From a virus (lineage: Duplodnaviria; Caudoviricetes), in the IMG/VR virus record IMGVR_UViG_3300044714_000169, positions 1 through 50,547 of that record: 50,547 nucleotides of DNA; one strand, 5' to 3'. The notes below the pieces were generated by a model. That model saw only the letters and a list, made by a program, of their open reading frames with translations, did no database searches and was not told the origin of the DNA. The position numbers were made by a program, and so were the translations under genes. Shown one piece after another: positions 19,404-27,471 of this stretch (position 1 is its first letter; each line of letters opens with the position of its first letter).

Positions 19404-21109
19404 ACATATCCTCCGTATTCATGGCGCGTAGATGTGAACGGTACCTGTTTCGACTTTAAAATCTCCTCATCGTGCTGTCTGGCTTCGATCTCTCCCGGAC
19501 TCAACGGGAATTGACACTCGAACACCGCATATGCGGTAGCGTCAACCTGATCCTTCAGGTGATAGTGAGGGAAGCTAACTATCTGGGTTTTCAACTGAGG
19601 TCGGTCGAGCCGGAGGTAGAGCCGATGCTCTTCGATTGGGTGGGTTAGGTAGAGCCGGATTCGGTCGTCCTTCGAGATCTTTCCGCCTGGAGGGGTAACT
19701 CCCTCCGCCCGCAGTTTTAAGTGTTTAACCCCTTCTCTCCCTTGCTTTTTGCAGATCAGGCATTCGGGCCAAAGGTCGCGTGTGTTGATGATATCCCCGA
19801 CTTCCTTCTGCGCGCCAACGGATTCATACCGGTTGTGGTTAAATCTCATCTTGTCGTTCAGCTGGTGCCATTCCTCAACCATCTGGCCCATGGAGCAGTT
19901 TTTACCGATACATTCGAGTACGAAGATCCGTTTGGTAAAATCACCACCAACCGCCGTGATCGCATTCTCGCATTTGGCCGACTGACCGCCGCTCGACGGG
20001 TCGTAGAAACTGTTTCGAACCAGGTCTTTGAGTTTGACTCGTGGAGATCCGTCGGTGGGGACAATCTCCTGCTTTTCGAAATCGACTTTAAAATACCGTA
20101 GGTCAGCGGAGTTAAAATCACCCCCGGTAGGGGGGATGGGGGAGTTCAGGTAGTTACAGCTGAACAAATACGGGCCTTGACGCTCCAAAATATCCGCCAG
20201 CACCGATTCAGTGAACCGTTGATAAAAGGCGATCGACCCATCATCGTTGTAAACCGAACGCTCAGTCCAAACGAACTTTCCGGGCATGTTGACTTTAATC
20301 CACCCGTAGATATCGGATTCACCCGCTTTCCAGTGAGTACCGATCATCAACTCTTCAGATTCCTCCGGGTGGTTTAACATTCCAGCTGCTGACTGAAACC
20401 AGCTCTGAACCTCGAAAGCGAGCGGTTCGGATTTAGACGCCTTCTCCCCAAAGATATCCTCGTAGATCAACACGTCCCAGTGAAAACCTGTTCGCTTGGC
20501 CCCGACCCCATCACAGGTGATCGTTGACTCGTCGAAGGATTTGGTTCGGGGGATCGTGATCTCAGAGTCAGTCCATTTGGTTTCGTTGGTGTTGGAAGGG
20601 ATGATCTCGGGGAACAACCACCGCAGCATATCGTTGTTTTCAAGATGCCACTTGGGATCGCGGAGATCCTTTTGGGCGACGGTGTCGGATTCACCGATCA
20701 ATAGAAACCGGAGATTTCGGGGATCTCGCTCTGGATAGGCGCGGTAATAGGCCAACAGTTCGACCGCCTGGTTGTGTTTGTCAATCACATCTCCGAGCCT
20801 CAAGATATCGGAGAGGAAGAGGGAGTTACCGCCTGCCAACCGCCATAACATATAGGCTTTGATACAGGTGGATTTAAAATGTCCGCGCGGCTCCAAATAC
20901 CCGTGTTTATTTTTTGGGGGCTTTTGCAGTTTGTCACACAGCTCGAGGTGGAAGTTCAACACCAAATCTTTATACCCCATCACCACCTTGGTAAAGTAAT
21001 AAAGACCACCCGACGGCTCGAAACACTTTCGGCGCAACAGGGAGCGTAGCTCCTCCGCCCGCCCTTCCCCTGCGAGCTGCATTACCGGAGATTGATCGAG
21101 ATTACCCAA
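19400..21109 (-). CDS. terL: Terminase large subunit
   Basis: PRGHFKST Walker A, TGFHWDVLIYED Walker B, FYDPSSG and KDQVDA RNase H-like nuclease motifs. Confidence 0.92.
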   Translation of the reverse strand: MGNLDQSPVMQLAGEGRAEELRSLLRRKCFEPSGGLYYFTKVVMGYKDLVLNFHLELCDKLQKPPKNKHGYLEPRGHFKSTCIKAYMLWRLAGGNSLFLSDILRLGDVIDKHNQAVELLAYYRAYPERDPRNLRFLLIGESDTVAQKDLRDPKWHLENNDMLRWLFPEIIPSNTNETKWTDSEITIPRTKSFDESTITCDGVGAKRTGFHWDVLIYEDIFGEKASKSEPLAFEVQSWFQSAAGMLNHPEESEELMIGTHWKAGESDIYGWIKVNMPGKFVWTERSVYNDDGSIAFYQRFTESVLADILERQGPYLFSCNYLNSPIPPTGGDFNSADLRYFKVDFEKQEIVPTDGSPRVKLKDLVRNSFYDPSSGGQSAKCENAITAVGGDFTKRIFVLECIGKNCSMGQMVEEWHQLNDKMRFNHNRYESVGAQKEVGDIINTRDLWPECLICKKQGREGVKHLKLRAEGVTPPGGKISKDDRIRLYLTHPIEEHRLYLRLDRPQLKTQIVSFPHYHLKDQVDATAYAVFECQFPLSPGEIEARQHDEEILKSKQVPFTSTRHEYGGYV

Positions 21110-21110
21110 T

Positions 21111-21281
21111 TTATCTGACCGCGGGTCCGAATACCCGATAACCCAAAAGTCCGACTAAAACGAACAAGACCAGATAACCGCTAAACCTCCGCCATAAAAA
21201 AACATTCGCCTCGTAGTTGGTCCATCCGGCGAACAAGATCGCGATAATGTAGATCATCCAGAATAAAAAACTCATCGGCAT
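21111..21281 (-). CDS. 56-aa two-TM membrane protein
   Basis: MPMSFLFWMIYIIAILFAGWTNYEANVFLWRRFSGYLVLFVLVGLLGYRVFGPAVR; AGGAGG RBS; not in ORF track. Confidence 0.7.
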   Translation of the reverse strand: MPMSFLFWMIYIIAILFAGWTNYEANVFLWRRFSGYLVLFVLVGLLGYRVFGPAVR

Positions 21282-21292
21282 AAAGCCTCCTG

Positions 21293-21829
21293 TTAACCTT
21301 CAGATTGCGAATCAATCGTGCGCGGCCCGTTATCGCGGGCCTGGTTCAACTCCTCGGCAACGTTCGCTGCGTGCATCAGCGCAGCTGGATCAAACACCCG
21401 TTGAGTAACCTCCCCTTCATACCGACGATTCCTCGGTACCTCAACATTCCGGTCTAAGATATCCTGGCCGGCTTTAATCGCGTTATGGTCCGACCCCTCG
21501 GCGATAATCTTTTCGAACCGGTCCAACACCTTCATCGATAATTCGTTAATCCGCTCGGCTGCGATTAAATTCCTCGCCCCGAGATCCTTCATCGTAGCCT
21601 CAAAAATCTCCTTCGAATAATTTCGCAGATCATTTTGAAACTCCGGATCTGAACAATAATTCCGAATCGTCTGGTACGAATACCCGGTGATCAGCGAAAT
21701 CTCCTTCAGCGAGTTTTTTTCGAGGAGGAACTTCATCACCTCTTTCTTCCGGAGGTCCAGAGAGAGGCCGTTGATCGCACGGCCCCCCTGTGGACCACCA
21801 AACCCACTATGCTGTGGTTGCGTTGACAT
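21293..21829 (-). CDS. terS: Terminase small subunit (putative)
   Basis: N-terminal HTH (SLKEISLITGYSYQTIRNY) and AIKAGQDILDR oligomerisation helix; upstream of TerL. Confidence 0.7.
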   Translation of the reverse strand: MSTQPQHSGFGGPQGGRAINGLSLDLRKKEVMKFLLEKNSLKEISLITGYSYQTIRNYCSDPEFQNDLRNYSKEIFEATMKDLGARNLIAAERINELSMKVLDRFEKIIAEGSDHNAIKAGQDILDRNVEVPRNRRYEGEVTQRVFDPAALMHAANVAEELNQARDNGPRTIDSQSEG

Positions 21830-21831
21830 AA

Positions 21832-22140
21832 CTAACTGGTCTGGACAATCTGAGCGCTGGTCGGGGTTGGAGTCGCCGCCGGCACAATCGGAACGTTAAG
21901 CGTCGCTTGAATTGGCGCCGAACCCCCCGGTGGAGTAAAATTACTAACGCAGGTCAAATTATACGACGTCGCCGCCGGCGACGCCACACACGCCGCTGAG
22001 CAGTTCGGCCCACTCGGCGTAAGGCTGATATCGGCGGTATCATCCACCGACCAGATAAAACTGGTTCCCGCCGGAAACTCCGATCCCGCCGGCAACCCTT
22101 GAAATTGAAACCCACTCGTCCCACCCGCTGGTGTTGACAT
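21832..22140 (-). CDS. Small Ig-like beta protein, first gene of late operon (alternative start 22248)
   Basis: ATG 22140 after GGAG; FIWSVDD...YNLTC pattern. The longer 296-aa ORF call extends through the promoter and is unlikely. Confidence 0.55.
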   Translation of the reverse strand: MSTPAGGTSGFQFQGLPAGSEFPAGTSFIWSVDDTADISLTPSGPNCSAACVASPAATSYNLTCVSNFTPPGGSAPIQATLNVPIVPAATPTPTSAQIVQTS

Positions 22141-22291
22141 CTCCGTATCTCCCTCTACCTGAATTATCCGTGCTTTATTCGGCCTCCGAAGCCGGTGGTG
22201 CTTCAACTTTTCGCGCTGCCACCAGCCCTCGAACCAGGTTGCCTTCATTCCACCACCACCTGAAGCAAGCGGGAGGCCTTCATATGGATCC

Positions 22292-22330
22292 ATTATAACT
22301 GGGCTGTTGAGAGGAAGCAACGGCCAGTGG
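22292..22330 (-). promoter_or_regulatory. Leftward sigma70 promoter with CCACTGG box (late/structural operon)
   Basis: Reverse strand: CCACTGG-CCG-TTGCTT-N17-TATAAT. Confidence 0.8.
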
Positions 22331-22550
22331 ACGACTTCCTTTGAGCAGATCAAGGGCCGGTCACTAAACCCCCGGACAAATGGGGGAGAGTCTCGGCCCC
22401 CCGGTCCGCTCGTCCCCGTTTTGGGGGGACGGGGTGGCTGGGTGAGAACTTTGCGCTTGCTGAAAATGCAACCGGTGCTGCTGTTGGTATTGGCAGCGAA
22501 AACGTTATCAACACTCGAACAATTTGCGCGATCTGCACCGAAGATTTCTG

Positions 22551-22579
22551 TTGCTTTCGGTTTGCAGAAAGCGTATGAT
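22551..22579 (+). promoter_or_regulatory. Rightward sigma70 promoter lacking CCACTGG box
   Basis: TTGCTT-N17-TATGAT upstream of AAGGAGG RBS and gene 22616. Confidence 0.6.
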
Positions 22580-22615
22580 AAATAACAGTTAGAACAACCA
22601 CCACATCCAAGGAGG

Positions 22616-22822
22616 ATGACCATGACCAACGTAACGATCAGCTTCACCGCCGAACAAATGACCAAACTGAACCAACTGATGGCCACAAGGCAGAACCAGA
22701 CCGTTGAGCAAGTTGCCGCCACCGTGGTGGAGAGAGGGTTGTACGACCTGAGCTACCGCACGGAGAGGAACCGGAAGGTTTGGCAGCAGTTCAAGGAGTA
22801 TAGGAAGTCGACCAGGGGGTAA
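22616..22822 (+). CDS. Small early protein, ribbon-helix-helix-like regulator
   Basis: AAGGAGG RBS; beta-strand NVTISFT followed by two helices. Confidence 0.6.
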   Translation: MTMTNVTISFTAEQMTKLNQLMATRQNQTVEQVAATVVERGLYDLSYRTERNRKVWQQFKEYRKSTRG

Positions 22823-23039
22823 CGGTGGTCGTCGTTAGCACCGAGGGTGAGAGCGGCACAGCGCTCGATCCCTGGAGGTTAACATGAGTTCGTAATAGCT
22901 CCCCCTCTTGCAATCCGCCCCCGATTTGAGTTAAAATTGGTTTAGAATGGAGGAACAATCGATGTTCACGGTTTTGTTGGTGGGACTCGTTTTCGTGGCA
23001 CCACTCTTGTTGGATTATGTTGTGTGAAAGGACAATACG

Positions 23040-23423
23040 ATGAAGGTGACGATGAAGGACAGAAAGATTCCTCTCCGGAAGGATGGTTATCCGGATTTCG
23101 ACCGGCTGAATTATCAAGGCAGTTCGGATGACGAGGTAGCGGCAGCTCGGCAAAAGAACAACTCGAAGCCCAGTTTGTTGGATGTGTTTACACCGGTGGA
23201 GGTGGTTGAGTTGGTGAACCGCGCTTTGTATCAACTCGATTACCAAAAGACCGCCCATCAGAAATATCAGCAGCGCCAGAGGGATTTCCAGGCGCCGATC
23301 AAGGCGAAGTTGAAGGAGTTGTTCCCGTCGGTCAGTTGGTTGAAGGCGACGCCTGAGCAGATTCAGCAGGCGATGGAGGAGGTTTACCCGAAGGAGGAAA
23401 AATCAGGAGGTGAACCGAAGTAA
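23040..23423 (+). CDS. Early hypothetical protein
   Basis: AAGGA RBS; shares V.R.LY.L.Y with 22616 product. Confidence 0.65.
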   Translation: MKVTMKDRKIPLRKDGYPDFDRLNYQGSSDDEVAAARQKNNSKPSLLDVFTPVEVVELVNRALYQLDYQKTAHQKYQQRQRDFQAPIKAKLKELFPSVSWLKATPEQIQQAMEEVYPKEEKSGGEPK

Positions 23424-23427
23424 GCGG

Positions 23428-23466
23428 CCACTGGCTCTTGATTTCAAATCAACATCCGGTTATAAT
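23428..23466 (+). promoter_or_regulatory. Sigma70 promoter with CCACTGG box
   Basis: CCACTGG-CTC-TTGATT-N17-TATAAT. Confidence 0.85.
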
Positions 23467-23485
23467 CTAACCAGACTTGAGAGAT

Positions 23486-23587
23486 TGTGTGTCTCTTATC
23501 TCTAACCCCTCAATATACTACCTTTGAAAACGATAGCGTCCTTTTGAAGTAGTAGTATAGAGAGTGATTAGAAGCTAGAGACACACA
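23486..23587. repeat. Long imperfect inverted repeat (~100-nt hairpin)
   Basis: Nested arms TGTGTGTCTCT/AGAGACACACA, TCTAA/TTAGA, TATACTAC/GTAGTATA. Confidence 0.75.
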
Positions 23588-23612
23588 GTTAATTTAAGAA
23601 GGGTAGGTAACC

Positions 23613-24374
23613 GTGGGCCAAAAATACACCAACATCAGCGAGATCTCACAGGAAGGCTGGACGATTACACGCGGCTGGCCTGATCTGCTGTATTTTAAAG
23701 AGAATGAGGATGGCACGTTAGACGCTGTCTTTATCACCAATCGGTCGTCTTCCCGTCAGTTTACGATGGAGAAGGCGGCGACTCTCCGGATTATGGAGGA
23801 TTTAGGGTTGAATGTCCGAATCAACTCCAACGGGACTTTGTTGACGATTGATGAGTTTGAACACTCCGGAATGGGCTCGTTGTCGAGTCATGGGGTTCAG
23901 ACGATTTATAATTACCGGAGGGAGTTGAAGCAGTTAAAATATCAACTCTCTCAGTTAACTCCCGACGACCCTCGTTATTTTCAGTTGGAACAGAGAATCG
24001 GCAGAAAGCAAAGAGTAGTTAACAATTACGAGAAGGATAAACAAGCTTTCGACGTTAAACCAACCAACGAAGTTAATAACAAACCAGCCGCCAACGACGG
24101 TCATCCGATGGTGGAGTATTCAAACCGGTTAAACCGGTTATTAACTCGGATGCGCGCCAAGGGGAGAGAGAAAGAGTGGACGGATAAACTGCAAACTCTC
24201 CGGACCGTTGCGATTGAAGATCAAAGTCGGATTTTGCAGACGATTGAGGACGAACTAGACAGTATGGAAAAGATCGCGTCGGTGGAAGAGAAGAAGCCAC
24301 CAGCAACCACCGAAACCGAGTTCGACGAGATTGCTAGAGAGGAGGCAGAAAAACGCAACCAGACTCAGATCTGA
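23613..24374 (+). CDS. Protein with degenerate VRR-NUC/PD-(D/E)XK-like N-domain and coiled-coil C-terminus
   Basis: GWTITRGWPDLL and LGLNVRI resemble VRR-NUC, but the ExK motif is absent. Confidence 0.5.
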   Translation: MGQKYTNISEISQEGWTITRGWPDLLYFKENEDGTLDAVFITNRSSSRQFTMEKAATLRIMEDLGLNVRINSNGTLLTIDEFEHSGMGSLSSHGVQTIYNYRRELKQLKYQLSQLTPDDPRYFQLEQRIGRKQRVVNNYEKDKQAFDVKPTNEVNNKPAANDGHPMVEYSNRLNRLLTRMRAKGREKEWTDKLQTLRTVAIEDQSRILQTIEDELDSMEKIASVEEKKPPATTETEFDEIAREEAEKRNQTQI

Positions 24375-24528
24375 TCAGACAAAAACACTCCCAAGCGATG
24401 GCAGCGTTGGCTGAGCTTGTTTTACAGGGAGTCGACTATATCCACGCTCCCCAGCCGATCTTTAGCTGGGCGGGGGTAATCTGCTTAATGAAACCAACCG
24501 ATGATCAATATCATCCCAAGGAGGATGA

Positions 24529-24834
24529 ATGACCGCGAAGTCCTGTTACCTGTGCAAACATTGGAAGCCGAATCGGGGGAACCAGCGCGGCTCGGCTGAA
24601 TTAGACCCCACTGAACGTCCACAATTTCCAACTTTTCGTTCACGCTGGGGAACTTGTAGTTTAGTTCAGTTGGGGTTGGCCGCGCCGATGGTTTTGTTTG
24701 TCCGAGGCTCCGAAATTCGGAATGCCGGCTTACCAGTCGAACTCCACACCGTCCACGACTTCTCCTGCGCGGGGTGGGAACCAGCTGGAACTCCAACTCC
24801 AACTTCAAGCTCAAATAATTCCACTGGTGCTTGA
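24529..24834 (+). CDS. Cys-rich hypothetical protein
   Basis: CYLCKHW...GTC...FSC; AAGGAGG RBS. Confidence 0.6.
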   Translation: MTAKSCYLCKHWKPNRGNQRGSAELDPTERPQFPTFRSRWGTCSLVQLGLAAPMVLFVRGSEIRNAGLPVELHTVHDFSCAGWEPAGTPTPTSSSNNSTGA

Positions 24835-24859
24835 ATTTGTTTTTTGGTCAGAGTATAAT
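24821..24859 (+). promoter_or_regulatory. Sigma70 promoter with CCACTGG box
   Basis: CCACTGG-TGC-TTGAAT-N17-TATAAT. Confidence 0.85.
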
Positions 24860-24887
24860 TGGGTAGAATTTAAAGGAGGCGGTACGA

Positions 24888-25082
24888 ATGTTAACTAATC
24901 GAGAACGAGCCAACCGATCAGATCAGTCGACTTCAATCACTAAACAACAGCGCCGGGCAAAACTGAACCGGGATCAGAGAATCGTCGGCCGGGCGATCCT
25001 ACGTAAATCGATTCAACTGAATAAGTTGATCTCTTGGAGAGAGGAGTTGTCACATGGGCGCGCCAAAATGTCCGCAAATTAA
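24888..25082 (+). CDS. Small basic hypothetical protein
   Basis: AAGGAGG RBS downstream of promoter. Confidence 0.55.
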   Translation: MLTNRERANRSDQSTSITKQQRRAKLNRDQRIVGRAILRKSIQLNKLISWREELSHGRAKMSAN

Positions 25083-25371
25083 TCGCTTACGGAGTTTAAC
25101 CAGCTGGTTGCAGTCAATCGTCGATCACTATCCCGACCGCGACCAGTTCATCAGCAAAGACGGCGCGGAGATGGAAGTGATCGCAGCGTTGGAGTGGTTA
25201 ACCACCTTCCTCGAGAACCGTAACCTCTACCACAAACGCCAACAGTTAAAGAACAAACATCTCATGCGCTTGGCCAAAGAACACGGGTTGTTCGACGAAT
25301 CCACCAAAAAGCTGGTCGACGCCGAGTTGTTCGATCATGTGGCAAATCAAGGAGACTCTGATGAAGACTGA
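25054..25371 (+). CDS. Early helical hypothetical protein
   Basis: GAGGAG RBS; C-terminal similarity to 26605 product. Confidence 0.6.
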   Translation: MGAPKCPQINRLRSLTSWLQSIVDHYPDRDQFISKDGAEMEVIAALEWLTTFLENRNLYHKRQQLKNKHLMRLAKEHGLFDESTKKLVDAELFDHVANQGDSDED

Positions 25372-25510
25372 CATGCAAGCTTGCTACGACGCGGGCAGAT
25401 CTGCGCGCCAAAAAGGTTTCGCACGTGTCTGCCCCTACTACGAAGAACCGAAAGCCGAAAAGTACTGGCTTGCTGGCTACGACAATATTGACTTTAAGGA
25501 GGTCAAATGA
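25361..25510 (+). CDS. Rmf-like (ribosome modulation factor fold) small protein
   Basis: MKTDMQACYDAGRSARQKGFARVCPYYEEPKAEKYWLAGYD... matches the G..A...G....CPY......W..G pattern; AAGGAG RBS; 49 aa, not in ORF track. Confidence 0.6.
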   Translation: MKTDMQACYDAGRSARQKGFARVCPYYEEPKAEKYWLAGYDNIDFKEVK

Positions 25511-25938
25511 CTGCTACCAAACCCGACAAATGGACCCGAACCCCCACCAGCATCGGCAACTGTTGCGACAAATGTGGGCAACAGTACTGTTCCCACAGCC
25601 CTTGGCCAGAACTCTTTTGCCCGCTGACCGACAGTCCTTCCGATCAAAAGATCAAACTCTACTGCGACCAACTCCAGCTAATGGTCCGGCGTCTGCGCGC
25701 GGAGCCAAGCCTCGAACATATGAAAGCTGTTGTCGATACCTGCCGATCAATCGAATCGATGGCGTTTACCGCGGCGATCCTGAAGTACAAAAAAGCCGTG
25801 CAGGTTACCAACAACAAAATAAGTTGGTTAACCCCAGCCGCAGTCGCCGAACACCTACAATCTACCGCAACCCAACCGGAACTGTTACCCGCACAAACCA
25901 ACAACGAGGTGCCGGCTAAATGCCCACCTACCTCGTAA
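25507..25938 (+). CDS. Hypothetical protein with Cys/His cluster
   Basis: CCDKC..YCSH...FCP; AAGGAGG RBS. Confidence 0.6.
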   Translation: MTATKPDKWTRTPTSIGNCCDKCGQQYCSHSPWPELFCPLTDSPSDQKIKLYCDQLQLMVRRLRAEPSLEHMKAVVDTCRSIESMAFTAAILKYKKAVQVTNNKISWLTPAAVAEHLQSTATQPELLPAQTNNEVPAKCPPTS

Positions 25939-26324
25939 TCGAAAAAAGTTACTCCAACAACGAGGAGATCTTCGGGTATTTGTCACAAACCAACCTCGAA
26001 GATCTTTTATCAGGGTTACGGCGCTTTTACCACCGAAGTTCAGACTTTACAATCTACGAACTTCGGGTTACCGAAGTCGGTCAATTCGATCCACCCAACT
26101 GTGTGCCGTTAGGGGTGGTTGCAAAACTGGAAGCTCGCGATAAGGTTACCTTGTTTTCGAACAAATGGGGTAGTTACATCGACGAATTGCCGAAAGAACA
26201 ATTCGAGATTGAACTGACCCGAATGTCCGACTATCTGGAGCAAAAACGTCTGCTGTTGAGGCAGCGATTCCAACCACAGGAGGCAACACCCGATGTCGAA
26301 AAGCAACAAACCCCAACTAGTTAA
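25920..26324 (+). CDS. Hypothetical protein
   Basis: GAGGT RBS; operon packing. Confidence 0.55.
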   Translation: MPTYLVIEKSYSNNEEIFGYLSQTNLEDLLSGLRRFYHRSSDFTIYELRVTEVGQFDPPNCVPLGVVAKLEARDKVTLFSNKWGSYIDELPKEQFEIELTRMSDYLEQKRLLLRQRFQPQEATPDVEKQQTPTS

Positions 26325-26499
26325 AATCGGCAAACACTATCTCGACCCCTCCAACGTCGCCGGGATAAAAGAGGCCAAGGAAGGTCTCTACATAATTATG
26401 CTTCACTCGAGCCCGAATCCGGAATACCCGTTATGGCTATCGGAGAAAAGCCTGGAGAGAGCCAAGCAGTATTTCGACATTCTGGGAGACGAGGACTGA
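26293..26499 (+). CDS. Hypothetical protein
   Basis: AGGAGG RBS. Confidence 0.6.
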   Translation: MSKSNKPQLVKIGKHYLDPSNVAGIKEAKEGLYIIMLHSSPNPEYPLWLSEKSLERAKQYFDILGDED

Positions 26500-26504
26500 A
26501 AATA

Positions 26505-26543
26505 CCACTGGTCTTTGATTTTCAAAATTTTTTGCTGTATAAT
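26505..26543 (+). promoter_or_regulatory. Sigma70 promoter with CCACTGG box
   Basis: CCACTGG-TCT-TTGATT-N17-TATAAT. Confidence 0.85.
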
Positions 26544-26604
26544 CTGGTTGTGATTAAAATTCAACCGCCGAAAAATTCGGCTAACCGAACAGGAGAAAAA
26601 CAAA

Positions 26605-26907
26605 ATGTCTACCACACCAACCATCGACCTGGCGAAGCTGCAAGCTGAGGTTGCCGGGCTGTCAAACGACGACCTGAAAGCCCAGCTGTTGAAGATCAAA
26701 GTTCGACAGAAGAAGCAGCAGGCTAAGATGCAGGGAACTGGCTCCCAGAAGGCCTATCAAGAACGTCAGAAAGCCTTGCGGAAGCTGTTGAAGGAGAAGG
26801 CGATCGCGCTCGGGATCTACGACGAGATCAACGAGCAGGCGAAAGCCCAGGCCGACGCCGAGTTGACCGCGGAAGCCGAGCCCGACGCGGAAGAAGTCGA
26901 AGCCTAA
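26605..26907 (+). CDS. Helical Lys-rich protein with acidic tail (possible nucleoid/DNA-binding)
   Basis: Own promoter, AGGAG RBS, downstream hairpins. Confidence 0.7.
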   Translation: MSTTPTIDLAKLQAEVAGLSNDDLKAQLLKIKVRQKKQQAKMQGTGSQKAYQERQKALRKLLKEKAIALGIYDEINEQAKAQADAELTAEAEPDAEEVEA

Positions 26908-26908
26908 A

Positions 26909-27021
26909 TTTGGTGGGAGGTAACCACCAAACAGCCGATTGTGGTTATCCTGGCGCGAGCCACAGTCGTAAAACCCGGAGTGGAGTTCCATGTCCTCCTT
27001 TCTCCACTCCGGGGGATTTTT
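26909..27021 (+). ncRNA. Putative structured RNA: three consecutive hairpins, the last terminator-like
   Basis: TTTGGTGG/CCACCAAA; CGATTGTGGTT/AGCCACAGTCG (with G-U); CCCGGAGTGGAG/CTCCACTCCGGG followed by a T run. Confidence 0.5.
26974..27021 (+). terminator. Probable intrinsic terminator
   Basis: 12-bp GC-rich stem followed by GGATTTTT. Confidence 0.55.
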
Positions 27022-27053
27022 ACCGAAGATAGGAGGTTGGGAGGAACAACAAG

Positions 27054-27452
27054 ATGACTGAGCCTGCCGCATGGCTAATTGAATCAGCGATACATGATAG
27101 CAACGGTCCTTACTACCTGTGCGTGCGGACGCTTGGGCTGGTGGGTTTCTTTGACTGGAAACCGGACAATCAGGCCGCTATTCGCTTTGGTCGCAAGGAG
27201 GATGCAGAAAGGGTCCGCGACACAATTAAGCAACTTTGCCCTGAATTATTCCCGCATACCAATCCTATGCCGCAAGCCGTAGAACACTCATGGTTTGGGC
27301 AGAGAGAAGCGACCCCATTCCGCAACTCCTGCAACCGTCATAGCGACTGCGCGGCGGCGACCGAAAATTGGAAACGTAACCACAACGGACAATTGCCCGG
27401 AGTCAACTTCCACTGCCACGACGAAGAATGCGAGGACTGCTTTGGCTGCTAA
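27054..27452 (+). CDS. Hypothetical protein with C-terminal Cys/His cluster
   Basis: GAGGA RBS; CNRHSDC...CHDEECEDCFGC. Confidence 0.6.
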   Translation: MTEPAAWLIESAIHDSNGPYYLCVRTLGLVGFFDWKPDNQAAIRFGRKEDAERVRDTIKQLCPELFPHTNPMPQAVEHSWFGQREATPFRNSCNRHSDCAAATENWKRNHNGQLPGVNFHCHDEECEDCFGC

Positions 27453-27471
27453 CGATACAGAAGGAAAAGTT

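Noticed and set aside
21832-22722. 296-aa ORF as called in the track
   Set aside because: The N-terminal part crosses the late promoter and overlaps an opposite-strand gene; only the C-terminal 102-138 aa is credible
24447-24478. CCCAGC/GCTGGG hairpin as terminator
   Set aside because: Short stem and no U tract; insufficient support
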